Source: Penicillus capitatus (Eukaryota > Plantae > Chlorophyta). Taken from it: a DNA stretch of 64,000 nucleotides. This document shows, piece after piece, positions 42,044-54,833 of the stretch. The stretch covers positions 425,639 through 489,638 of the forward strand of contig OZ287710.1 of assembly GCA_965649825.1 (NCBI GenBank), written 5' to 3'. The notes beneath the pieces are model-generated. The model was not told the origin of the DNA, ran no database searches, and saw only the letters and a program-made list of their open reading frames with translations. The position numbers and the translations under genes are program-made. The first letter of the stretch is position 1. Each line of letters opens with the position of its first letter.

Positions 42044-43060
42044 CCATTTCGGCAGAGACTGGAGATGGAATGATCGACCTGTGCGAGGCTCTCATTCCGT
42101 TCATTCCTCAACCGGACTCGTCTGTCGAAGCGTCCACCGCAGACAGTTCTGTCGACCAAGGAGACGATCGCAAACTCAAAGATTGACTGGAACCTGAACT
42201 TGAACGCAATCTGGCTCTCAGAGTCAAGCCAGGTGTCCTAAACACCACGTCACAGGGATGTCCTTGACAAATGCGACGTCCCTAGGTCCAACAGTAGACG
42301 TCTTTACCGTCAACGGTCGCGGTGGATTGCATCTGGAAATCCTGATCGAAACGATCGCGAAGGATATGAGTTCACCGTCGGGCCGATGACAGTAGAGTTC
42401 CCGCTTCTCTGACCTCTACCGACATGTGAAACTGAAGGTGATCACAAAAGAGATGAAGGTGTAAAATGTGAGCCATTTGAGGATGCGACGGTGGAAGTGG
42501 CTGCGGACTACGTCGGCGTCGTGGTGGAACTCATGGGCAAACGAAGAGGCACGATGCTGAACATGGCTCCTGGCTTTGGATCTCTTAATGTCCTAAAGAA
42601 TAAGATGCCAACGCGCAGACTCCTGGGTTGAGAAATCATCTGCTGACCGTAACCAAAGACAGTGCCATTCTGCACACGATCTTCTCTGCATTTAACCGGA
42701 ATGCAGAGAACTGCCCCTTCGTGAGAACGGTTCGCTGACAGCTCACGAAACTGGCACAGTTACGGCCTATGCACTGGAAAACTTTCAGAGCCGGGGATAT
42801 TCGTTGTAAACCTGGAGATGGCGTTTACGAAGTCAAGTCGTGGGTGTGCACAACAGAGACTCAGATCTCCGAATTGACATCTGCAAGAAGAAGCATCTAA
42901 CGATACATACTTCGCTGTAAGAGAAGAGGCAACCGTCGTGCTCGATAAAGTCATGGACTTAACACTGGATAAGTCTCTGGAATTCATCAAATCGGATGAA
43001 CTTGTGGAAGTGACGCCCATATCGGTGAGGATTCGTAAAATGCACTTGACGCAGAAGTAA
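42044..43060 (+). pseudogene. typA: TypA/BipA GTPase 3'-half pseudogene, preceded in frame by a short Der/EngA-like fragment
   Basis: RKLKD*LEPELERNLALRV, GRGGLHLEILIE, EPFEDATVEV, KRRG, TGTVTAYAL, QVVGVHNR, DELVEVTPISVRIRK. One TGA (42184-42186) and several frameshifts. Upstream ISAETGDGMIDLCEALIP. Confidence 0.82.
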
Positions 43061-43102
43061 TAGACAGGCTTTGGGTTGTGCTTGATTTTTTTGTGGACAT
43101 TA

Positions 43103-45377
43103 TTAAATCCATTCGTCGAAAACACGTTTAAGTGCTCGTGCCTCGTGGGCGATGGTTTGACCCTCTCCTTGCCCATCACCCGATGCAAGATCTGTTCCAT
43201 GTCTCTGGACAGTGATCAAAAATTCCAGGATCTCTTCACATCGCTCGTCGGACATGAGGAGCATGTGTTTGCTCAGGTGTCGCAGAAGAGATAGAAAGCA
43301 TATCTTTGCATAGTGCCAGGTATGCGCTTCCAGTTTCGATTCGACAGGTTCAAAACTCTTGATCACTCGAGAGATGCCGAAATCGAAGTTGCCTTTGGCG
43401 CAGTAGAGAGTGCCGATGACGAGATTGATGATGCAAAGATGCTGTTGTGCATCTTCTGCATCTGCCTCAGCTTCCTGTTCCTCGACTTGTCGCATGATGT
43501 CCTCGGCCAAAGTTGTCTACCACACCCACTCTATGTCTTTTCGAAGCCGATGGCAGGGTGATACTGACCTGATTGGTGACGATGTAGGAGACACAGAGAT
43601 TGGCTAAGATCACAGGAGTGACGTCTAAGAGATAGCCATCGTAGTGCTTGACGATATCTGCATAGTAGCCGATGGCATCCTCGTATTTCTCCTGCACAAA
43701 GAAGGTATGTGCCACGTTCGTTCGCCACACAAGATGCTCGCTGCAGAGAGCAGACGTCTGAAGAAATAAATGCTCGACAGCACTGTAATGCCCACGCTCA
43801 TAGTGCAAGTGCCCGATTGTCATCAGCACTGTACAGATAGATATTGGAGGCTGTGCTTTGTCTTGTCTATCGAACCTGGTATGTTCGAGTCCACCGAGTT
43901 CTTGTAGAGTTGCTGTGCTTCTCTGCTGCTCTTCTCCTCTATGGCCGTTCTCCAAAATCTTTGCGTCTGTGCCCACTGACGATCATTCAGAGCTCCCAAT
44001 CTCGTGAGGTATTCTTCCGGAGAACTGTCTCTCAGAATCATGGCTTCGATGTACTCAAGGGTTTCCGCACGAACATACTGCTGGACCAGGTCGGGATGGT
44101 TGGAGAGTATTTCTGCGGCGCGGTCGATGAGGCCGATCTCTGGTTGGCAGCAGAGGTAGAGCAGTGTCTCCACGGTGGGCCCTGGAAACGGCGGATTCGC
44201 CATCAAATGCTCCAGTTTCTCGATTGCTGATTGTGGATCTTCTTGCCATTGCAGCAGTGCCGAGTTATAGAGAGTGACCTAGATTCGAATTCATGGAAGC
44301 GTCTGGTGTCAGTGCTTTACCGGATCAACATCGCTCTCATCTCTCGGCGGCATACTCTGTAGCACTTCCTGAGCCGCTTCCCTGTTCTTCAGTTCCATCT
44401 CGATGGCGAATTTGAGATTGAGAGCTTCGATGAGAAAGGAGTCCTTGTCGGAATTGTTCGACATCGGTGCCGTTATGATGTTGCTTTGTTCGACAATTGC
44501 CGCAATGTACTGCAGGGCTGGTCCAAATTCTCGGAGTTCGTAACTGCATATGGCGCAGCCGTATGCATAGAAAGCCTTAAGTACTGTTCTGCAGAATGCC
44601 TCTCTCGAACGAGCATTACCTCAAATCCCACCGTCTCGATCGCCTCCATATACTTCTTTCGCGCTTCTCCATATCTGCCCACCTGAACCGAAACAGAAAA
44701 ATCGAGGAAGCACGTTGTTCACTTAAAGGCACCTTGTAGAGTAACGATCCCTGATTGACAAGTGTCTGGACAGTCGTCTCTTCAGTCAGTTGTTCAAGCA
44801 GACCCCGATACACTGCAACCACTTCGGCTGTCGATCAGCGACACGACTTAGACCACTTTTGATATCGTTCGTCTCGTATGCAACGGCGAGTCTCAGTTGA
44901 CCTGCCGCGGCAGTCTCTTCTTTCAAAGATCCGAGCCCCCGGAAGACCTCGTCGTCATCAGCACCTCCTGCCTATGACGAACGATGCGGCGAAGCTCAGC
45001 GAGGAATAGAGATGACCAACTTTGAAGAGGCATTGTGCGTAGTTGATGCGATAGTCCAGATTGCCGGGGCAGATATGCATCAGCTGTGCATACCTGGTCG
45101 ACAAATAAGAAAGGTCCTCGTGAGGCTCTCGTCCTACCGTTGTGTGGCTTCGTCGTACTGCTCTCGTGCATAGTAGCAGTAAGCCAGCAATGAGAGAAAA
45201 GCTCGACACTTGGGGCGTTCCTGCGCAGCCTCGCGTCAAATTGAAGTCGTCAATCACGACATCGACCTGAAGAGCCTCAAGCAAAACAGTAATGGCAGGC
45301 TCATACGTCTCATCCCGAAGCCATTCGTAGACGACTCGTGTGAAATGACCGTCTCTTATGTGGCCACCCAACAGCAT
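43103..45377 (-). CDS. IFT70: Intraflagellar transport protein 70 (TTC30/DYF-1), spliced
   Basis: IRDGHFTRVVY, SRAFLSLLAYCYY, MPPRDESDVDP|VTLYN, PPFPGPTVETLLYLCC, PVILANLCVSYIVTNQ, LCIINLVIGTLYCAKGNFDFGISRVIKSFEP. Confidence 0.92.
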
Positions 45378-46009
45378 ACTTTACAACAGTCTTTCGGCGG
45401 TCACTTCTGATCATCCGTTATTTATTTTCATTTCGTACACTCTTCATTTAGACAGAAGTCAAACGACTCAAACATCGATCGTATTCCTTCTCGCTGCCAT
45501 CGAACAGTCCATCCATGTAGCCCGACAACACGGGACGCAACAAGCGCCAGAGAGATGACATGATCAATGTTACGATTGGAGGTCCGAGTTCCAGATGCAT
45601 AGCCTTCTGTCACGCACCAATAACGTCCAGACGATGGCCAGCACCGTCTCTCTTCTCTATCTGCGCCGCCACCTCGTTCACAGGTCCTCTGTCACATCAT
45701 CCCAATAGTAGAGACGACAGGAAAATGCAGATCTCTTTGACGATGCCAAAGAAATCGATGTGCTGTTGGGAATGCAGCAGGTCGATGCAGTATGACTGGA
45801 TGGTGACGATTTCGCATTTCTGGGCTTCCCATGACGGCAGGGTTATCGTGCAGGGGACATGAATCCGAGATTCCGAATCTCCCGAGAACTAGCTCTAAGC
45901 GAAACGCAGCGGGCAATTTGATTCTTGGGACCGCCGTCCGGGGGGCGATGACGGCACTTGGAGACTAGGTTCTGCTCGTCCACCGAATGTCGTGCTCACT
46001 AGGTGCCTC

Positions 46010-47438
46010 ATGGCATCGCTTTCCGATGACAAGCATCGATTCCACTGTAAGAAGCCGAGAGTGTATGTCGCTGACGGACGCCTGAAAGAGATGTTAGAGA
46101 GAGGCCCGCCGAATCTCTTTCTAGCCTATCGTCCATCGCCCTGGCTCCTGAATTCTCATTTGATGACCGTGGCTGGAGTCGCTGGAGTCGCTGGAGTCGC
46201 TGGAGGTCACATTCCTCCCAGTGTCGGTTTATAGATACCGATGCTGATCTTCAGTACTGCGTCGAATGGGAAGTGATTGTTACGAGCGTTGGTTGGTGAC
46301 GATGCCAGATGGTGGGACTATTGGATTGGATTGGTTTGCCGATTACAATGAGGAAGACAGATGATCACCAACACCTCCCATTGTCCTGGTCATGCATGGA
46401 CTGACAGGTTTTACTCGGTAGAAGATCGATGCGACGTTAAGTGTGTTCTCCATCAGGTGGCAGTCATGAAGGGTACTATCGATGGATGTGCTACGCAGCA
46501 TATGAGCACAAATGAAGATCAGTCTGTTTCATCAACTGCCTGGCTGTAATGGGGTGTCTTCGACATTTCCTAAGGGATGCAGTCCTGTCGTTATAGAAGA
46601 TGTCTACACCGTCATTGATGAGATCAAATAGTTCAATGGGGTATGGGATGGCCTAGTGGTCTGATGGATTGTTTGTGCACGGAGTGTTCTCTGGCGCCTT
46701 TATTCGCAGCGGCGTATTCTCTTGGCAGCTTGATGTTGTGTAAGTACTTGGAGAAAATGAGAGTGGAGAAGGAAGTCGATGACAAGGGGCGGTGATGGTG
46801 AGCAATCCGTGTTGTGCGTTCTCGTCACAGAACAGAATCAGCAAGCCGTTGGCCATTCCTTAGCTGTTTAACCTCGTTCTCACCTATAGGTATGTTCGTT
46901 CGATCATGCAGATCTGCTGTCGTCGAACACACTGTTTCAGATTGCGTTCCTATGCCAATGAGCACAGAGATGACTTTGGCGAAGTTGAGACCGGTATGGC
47001 AGAGAATGTGAAGAAATGAAGGACGATTAAAGATCTTGGAGAAGCCACTGTTTGTCAGCTATTTGATTTCCTTCATTTGATGAGTATATTGCCGTCGTGG
47101 GTCGGGTCAGTTTCACATACCGAATATCCGAACGAAATCTCTTATTCTCGTAGCAGAGCATGACCAATTTATTGGGCAAAGTACCGATCACTCGATTTCT
47201 TTCTTGATAGATAGCTTTCTTCAGGAACATGGAAATCAAACAATGCCTTGAAAACGACAATACAGCACTTGCTGTCACATCGCATGGCGGCCATGTTGCC
47301 TTTCACTAAGGTTTGCTTATAGAGTCTGTAGCAGTGAAAGGGAACGTTCGTTCAGGACTGTGGCCGTTTGGCCGAGCGTGGATGGAAGACACGACTATGC
47401 ATATTTTCAAGAGTTGTCTCCAAACGTCCATCTCTTAA
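46010..47438 (+). pseudogene. ABHD1/2/3 (YheT/EMB8-like) alpha/beta hydrolase pseudogene
   Basis: YRPSPWLLNSHLMT, IVLVMHGLT|GGS, AAAYSLGS, VSNP, TSHGGHVAF. Stops at 46362, 46513, 46861 and 47307; at least two frameshifts; (GCTGGAGTC)x3 expansion. Confidence 0.85.
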
Positions 47439-48075
47439 TCTGTTTTACCTAAGTGCCGGCAGCAGTCTACTATCCGCATGATTTATTTCTTTTGTGGCAT
47501 ATCCAAGCAGAACTACTCATTGAGGAGATGTGTCGTCCACTTCACAGGCGAGACTTCGAGAAAATATCATTAATTTTTGAAACGAGATATTGTTGTTAGA
47601 TTATGGATTGTTACTCGTGGGCGCTATCATCCACCACGCTTCAACCGCAGACGACTGGTACGAAGAGAATCTAGCGAAGGGTAATCGAGTGTGAAAAGAA
47701 CTCACGTTGTACTGGACGAGACAAACGGACTGACGAATGGCCATACGGAGGATGACCCGTATTCTTGGTGTCGACAGGAGGAACCTAGCAATCGAATCGA
47801 TGCGTCGGCTCCTTTCAGCAAAGCGCGTGTTTACTGTCTCCGTCGACGTGGTCAAGAGAGACGCTGTGCAAAGAAGGCATAAGACGATGCAGGACACGCG
47901 ATCCACGGATACCAGCCTCGTGTTCGCTTGCATTGTCGCAGATGAAAAGCCATCTTTGTTACACTCTTCAGCGAGAAAGACGATACACTATTCACCAGGA
48001 ACGATTTCTCTCTTAAATCGACACTATTTACAGCTTCCGCCTTCGATTCCCTGTCCTTGGACTCCAATCCATCTC

Positions 48076-48463
48076 CTACTCTTCTTTCTTCTTGAGACCG
48101 CGTTCGACAGCCAGATCGTCGTACGGCAGTTGTCTGGGTATAACATGGGCACGCGAGGCTGGATCGTACCAGTCCACAATCGCATATCCGATGACGAACA
48201 GAGACATTGATGCTGCAAAGCTGGCTATGGCCTTCAGAGGTGTGACGCGTCCGTAGTCCGTTACCCCACAGTCGTCCAACACGCGTTCCGGATGCGCAGT
48301 TCCGTCATACCAGAATTCGTCGTCTTCCAGTATCAAGGGCTTTGTTGGAGGAACTTCGGGAGGCGGCTGGTGACCAACAGTACCTCCACGGACGGGCAGT
48401 GCCCAACGAGCAGCGGAGAGACGACTGGCGAGTGAACGCAGATTTCCGATGCGTAGTGCCATG
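48076..48463 (-). CDS. NDUFB8: Mitochondrial complex I subunit NDUFB8 (ASHI), intronless
   Basis: PTKPLILEDDEFWYDGTAHPERVLD...DPASRAHVIPRQLPYDDLAVERG matches the recalled plant B8 (PDKPL...WDNGT..PE...PRVYPYDNLRVELG). Confidence 0.85.
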
Positions 48464-48480
48464 ATGAACAAAATGGTAAC

Positions 48481-48506
48481 GACGACGACGACGACGACGA
48501 CGACGA
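48481..48506. repeat. (GAC)n microsatellite between the SIK1 stop and NDUFB8 start
   Basis: gacgacgacgacgacgacgacgacga read directly. Confidence 0.9.
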
Positions 48507-48558
48507 TGTCGATCCCATACGATGGCATTTGTTAACGGACCGCATCTTTGGCGTGATC

Positions 48559-50834
<2,276 letters not shown>

Positions 50835-50879
50835 GAGGGCTCTCGCTGTTTGTACGACAAGTTTTTTGATTCTGCCACT

Positions 50880-53800
50880 ATGTTGCGATTACTGTTTTGT
50901 CTTCTCGTGTCTTTCTCCTGGATGCGTTGCTTGGCAATGTCTCATCGGTTTTGCGGCATTGCGCAGAGGCGGGGAAAGCGCGATCAGGTACCGCCTTAAA
51001 CAAACACGGGTTAAGCAAGTGGTTTCAGATGGAGGACCGAGCCCTCTGCATATGCCCTCTCTTGGACAACAATGCATATCCTTTCATATGGTAGAAAGCA
51101 GTGGTTTCCTTGAAGCCAGAGGAGTGGTGGTATAGTTTTCTGGCGGTCTATGATGGACACGAAGGCAGTGATGTGAGTCAGTACTTGGCAAATCATCTGC
51201 ATCCATATGTTCGGCAGAGCATCCTTTCTCTAAGGCAGGCAACGAACGGGCTTCTGTCTGGGCGACTGTATTTTCTCTAAGGCCAAGTGACGTTTCCCCT
51301 CAATCTGTTGAAATAGTTGTGCGAAGTGCCATCGAACACATTGACCAAATCATCCTACCTCGAGAGACAGCAGGAACAGACGCTGCCGCATGTTTTTCCG
51401 TGAGAAGCTCGGCATCAAATTGATGTGTCCTTAGGGGATGCTGGAAGCACAGCGGTCATTGCGATTGTTGTTGGCTTCAAAGTGCGTTAGTCTGCACTTT
51501 CTGTCAAACATCTTCGTTGTTCATTCTCTTCTGCAGTACATGGTCATCGCAAACGTTGGCAATTCCGGTTGCATGCTGTGCTCGTCTCTGCCTCTAGAGT
51601 GCAATAGCGAAGTCGTGCAAGCCACATGCGTTTGCACTTGAACTGAGCACTGGGGTGAACAGGAATCGAGGTTGCTCGTGAAGACATGGCCGCACTGTCC
51701 CAGTCACAAAGATGAACGGGAAAGAATTGAGAAGAGTGGTGCGCAAGTCATCTATTCAAATCGTAAACAAGCAGTACGAGTTGCCAATTGAAACATGATT
51801 GAAGACAGGCGCCTGGAGAATTGACAACGGTCTGGAAGTGTCTCGGTCCATTGGTGATCTCTCCTATCGGAGTAGAGGAGTGATTTCCACACCGACGATG
51901 ACACACGTCACCCTGGAGAGGGGAATGGGTTCTGTTATCCTGGTTTCAGATGGCATACTGGATAAGATCTCAGAGAAAGACATTTGCGCTTTGGCGGAAG
52001 AGTCCAAACTACAATGTCCTCGAAAAGTCCGAACAAAAGAACCAGATTCAGCCATTCCGCTGAGTGGAGAGACACTTCGTTCTGATATCCCAATGCCTTC
52101 ATGCAGTCCACTTCGACTTGGCATCGATCCTGACATCGAGAAAGAGCTCTTGGGTGTCGCCTTGAGATTTGTGTCGCGTCAGGATACACATGCCACTCTT
52201 AGGACTCCGTGGATGCATTGATTGTGAATCAGAATTATCGTGTCAAGTTCTGGATACGGAGGTGTTTCAGGGGTTCGGTTCCCAGGAGGACCGAATCGCA
52301 GCAGTCTTGGTCGAAGAAGCCTTCAATCGACGGTCTCCTGACAACCTTGCCGCCACTGTGTTAGATCTAACACCGGCAAGAATCCTTTTAGCTACTTTAA
52401 AATGAGTGGCGACCTTCATGCAGATGTTGGGCAGTGATGGGCATATGCTTGCTGCACTTTCGACAGGAATTGAGCAAGGGGCTATCGTGCAGTCCATCAC
52501 GACGATGAATATGTACCGACTGATGAACAAACTAATGCGCATTCCAAGAAAGCGGCATCGTGTTGCACACAGCAGCTTGTTTGGTGAAAAATTGAAACCG
52601 CTGTGCGGTTCTCTGTTTTCTTGGATATAATCCAACAGTATTCTGCTTGCAGATACAGCGAAGACGATGTACAAGGACAGTGTGGGCTCAAGGATAAAAT
52701 GGATGCCACAAAACATTCTCTCATGCTCTTTCGACCATTTGCCTTGCAAATCTATTCTCCACAAACAACTTCTGCAGAGACAACAGAGGATCGCTTTCGT
52801 CCGGAATCCTGCTTCCCCTCGTATTACTTGGAAACTGTTGATTTGCAAGTCCTCCGGGCCCTCGGATCTTTGCCTCGGCTTGATGCACTTCCATCTCCCA
52901 AATCCACAGGAGCATTCATCGGCCAAGATTCTGCAGCCTTTCTGGAACTGCAGTCTCATTATAAGCTCGGCAAGAAGTTTGCCAAAGGTGGATTTGGCGA
53001 AATCTGGAGAGCGGTTCTCTATCCCACAGGTATCACATAACATCAGACTAATTCTGTAGAAAATGAGCTTTGCTGTCCAACCAGAATCACAAGACGAAGC
53101 TGAAAAGTATGTGATCAAGCGTATCCGAAGCGAAGACAGAAATGAGACGCTTTTAAGCGGCCAAAGAGAAGCCTACTTCGGTTCTCTTCTGCGCCAAAAA
53201 TCTTATGAGACGAATTACTTGGTTCGCTCTCTTACTTCTTCTCTGCCTGTTGTGTGATGTCTTTTAGGTTCGTTTTGTGGAGTCCTTTGAGTTAGATTAT
53301 GGGCGGGAGATGTGGTTGGTTTTCAGAGATGAAGGAGTCTCTTTGCACAGTCTAATGTACACGGCACAAGAGGGCGATGGATTCCAGATTGTGCAGCCTA
53401 GTAGCTGGTGGCATGAGTTGAGACAAAGCAAACAGAATGTGGAATTCGAACGACGGCTGATCTATCAGTTATTGAAGGCTGTGCATCTGCTGCATTGGCA
53501 CAATGTTACACACCGGTACTCCTCGAAAGTGGCTTCCAATTGTCAACACCATGCGATTTATTTAGAGACATCAAGCCAGAGAATGTGTTGATAGAGGGAG
53601 AATCCCCACCCGATCCACTGAACTTTAGCATACGACTCATTGATTTTGGATCGGCCATCGATGAATTCTCCATGAGGAATTACTATGGAGAGCACGGGCC
53701 ATCAGCGAAAGAGCAAACCAGGGAATATGCACCACCAGAATCTCTGTTCGACACGTCGATTACATGTTATGTGTTGCATGTCAGAACTGATGTACTGTTG

Positions 53801-54333
53801 CAGGTTGGTATATCATCCGGAGCTTGCTTCGCATTATTTTGCCTACGATATGTGGAGCATCGCCGTTCTGTGGCTTGAATTTATCTTTGGAACACCGCAT
53901 GTGTTTGACTTGCCAACAGGGACCCAGAAACTTATTAAGAGGGACTTTCAGACCTTTAACATGAAAGATGAAGACATCGAAACGGCCTTTCTTCTTAGAT
54001 CAATGATGGAATTCTGCATCTATCCTCCAAGAAGCTTCATGGACACAGGTCTCTCTCTTGCCGCCACTGGCACTGTTCATCAAGCGTGATGATGGCGCAG
54101 AGAGGGGAAGAGGCGCCGAAGTGTCTGTGGATCCGGGAGAAATGTCGTTGACGGCATGGACATGCACAGAACAAGCGATGTTTGAATTGTTTAGAAAGAG
54201 AGACATGCACGCCATTGGTGTGGGATCGATGGCCGGCCTCAGACTCTTGATGTCATTGTTGGCATGGAATCCTTACGATCGTCAAACAGCAAGAAAAGCA
54301 TTGCAGAGCAAAATGTTCACAAACATGGATTAA
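50880..54333 (+). CDS. Signal-peptide-bearing PP2C phosphatase fused to a Ser/Thr kinase domain, spliced
   Basis: MLRLLFCLLVSFSW..., MEDR, YDGH, SRSIGD, SDGILD, DNLA; then FAKGGFGEIW, HRDIKPENVL, LIDFGSA, YAPPE, YDMWS. Confidence 0.85.
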
Positions 54334-54600
54334 GAATGCTCTCTCTCTTTTAAACAGACACTCGAGAAATAAAACAGTCGACGGAGACGAGATCATACAT
54401 ATCTTTGTCTACGAGCCTGTAAGAGTGTCTGTCCAGTTAGAATGTATCACTCCATCGCAAGAAAGACATATACGTCGTTAAATGCCGCGTCAAAATCTGT
54501 TCGCCAGATTACTTGCCGTAGCTTAGAGAGTTAGAAACGGCAATCGCTCTGTTTTCACCAGTCAACGACAGCTGGTTGACTCGACAGAAGGTCATCGGCG

Positions 54601-54829
54601 ATGACGAAGATCACCGTGGAATAGTTGCGTAAGGTTAGGCAGGCTTCTTATTCGCTGTCATTGTCGTCAGAGCTGGATTGGCAGAGGGCGGAGCACAATG
54701 AAGGAATACTGGAGACGCTCGAGGAAATCTCACTGCACCAGCAGAACATTGAAAAAATCAAACTGCTCAACCATCTCTGTCCAAGACTCAAAATCCTATA
54801 CTTACAAAACAATCTCATTGGCAGAATTG
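54601..54829 (+). pseudogene. LRRC6: LRRC6/DNAAF11 5' fragment with nonsense codon, truncated at the satellite
   Basis: MTKITVE*LRK|RAEHNEGILETLEEISLHQQNIEKI...LKILYLQNNLIGRI. TAG at 54622-54624; similarity stops 4 nt before the first satellite unit. Confidence 0.85.
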
Positions 54830-54833
54830 CTCT

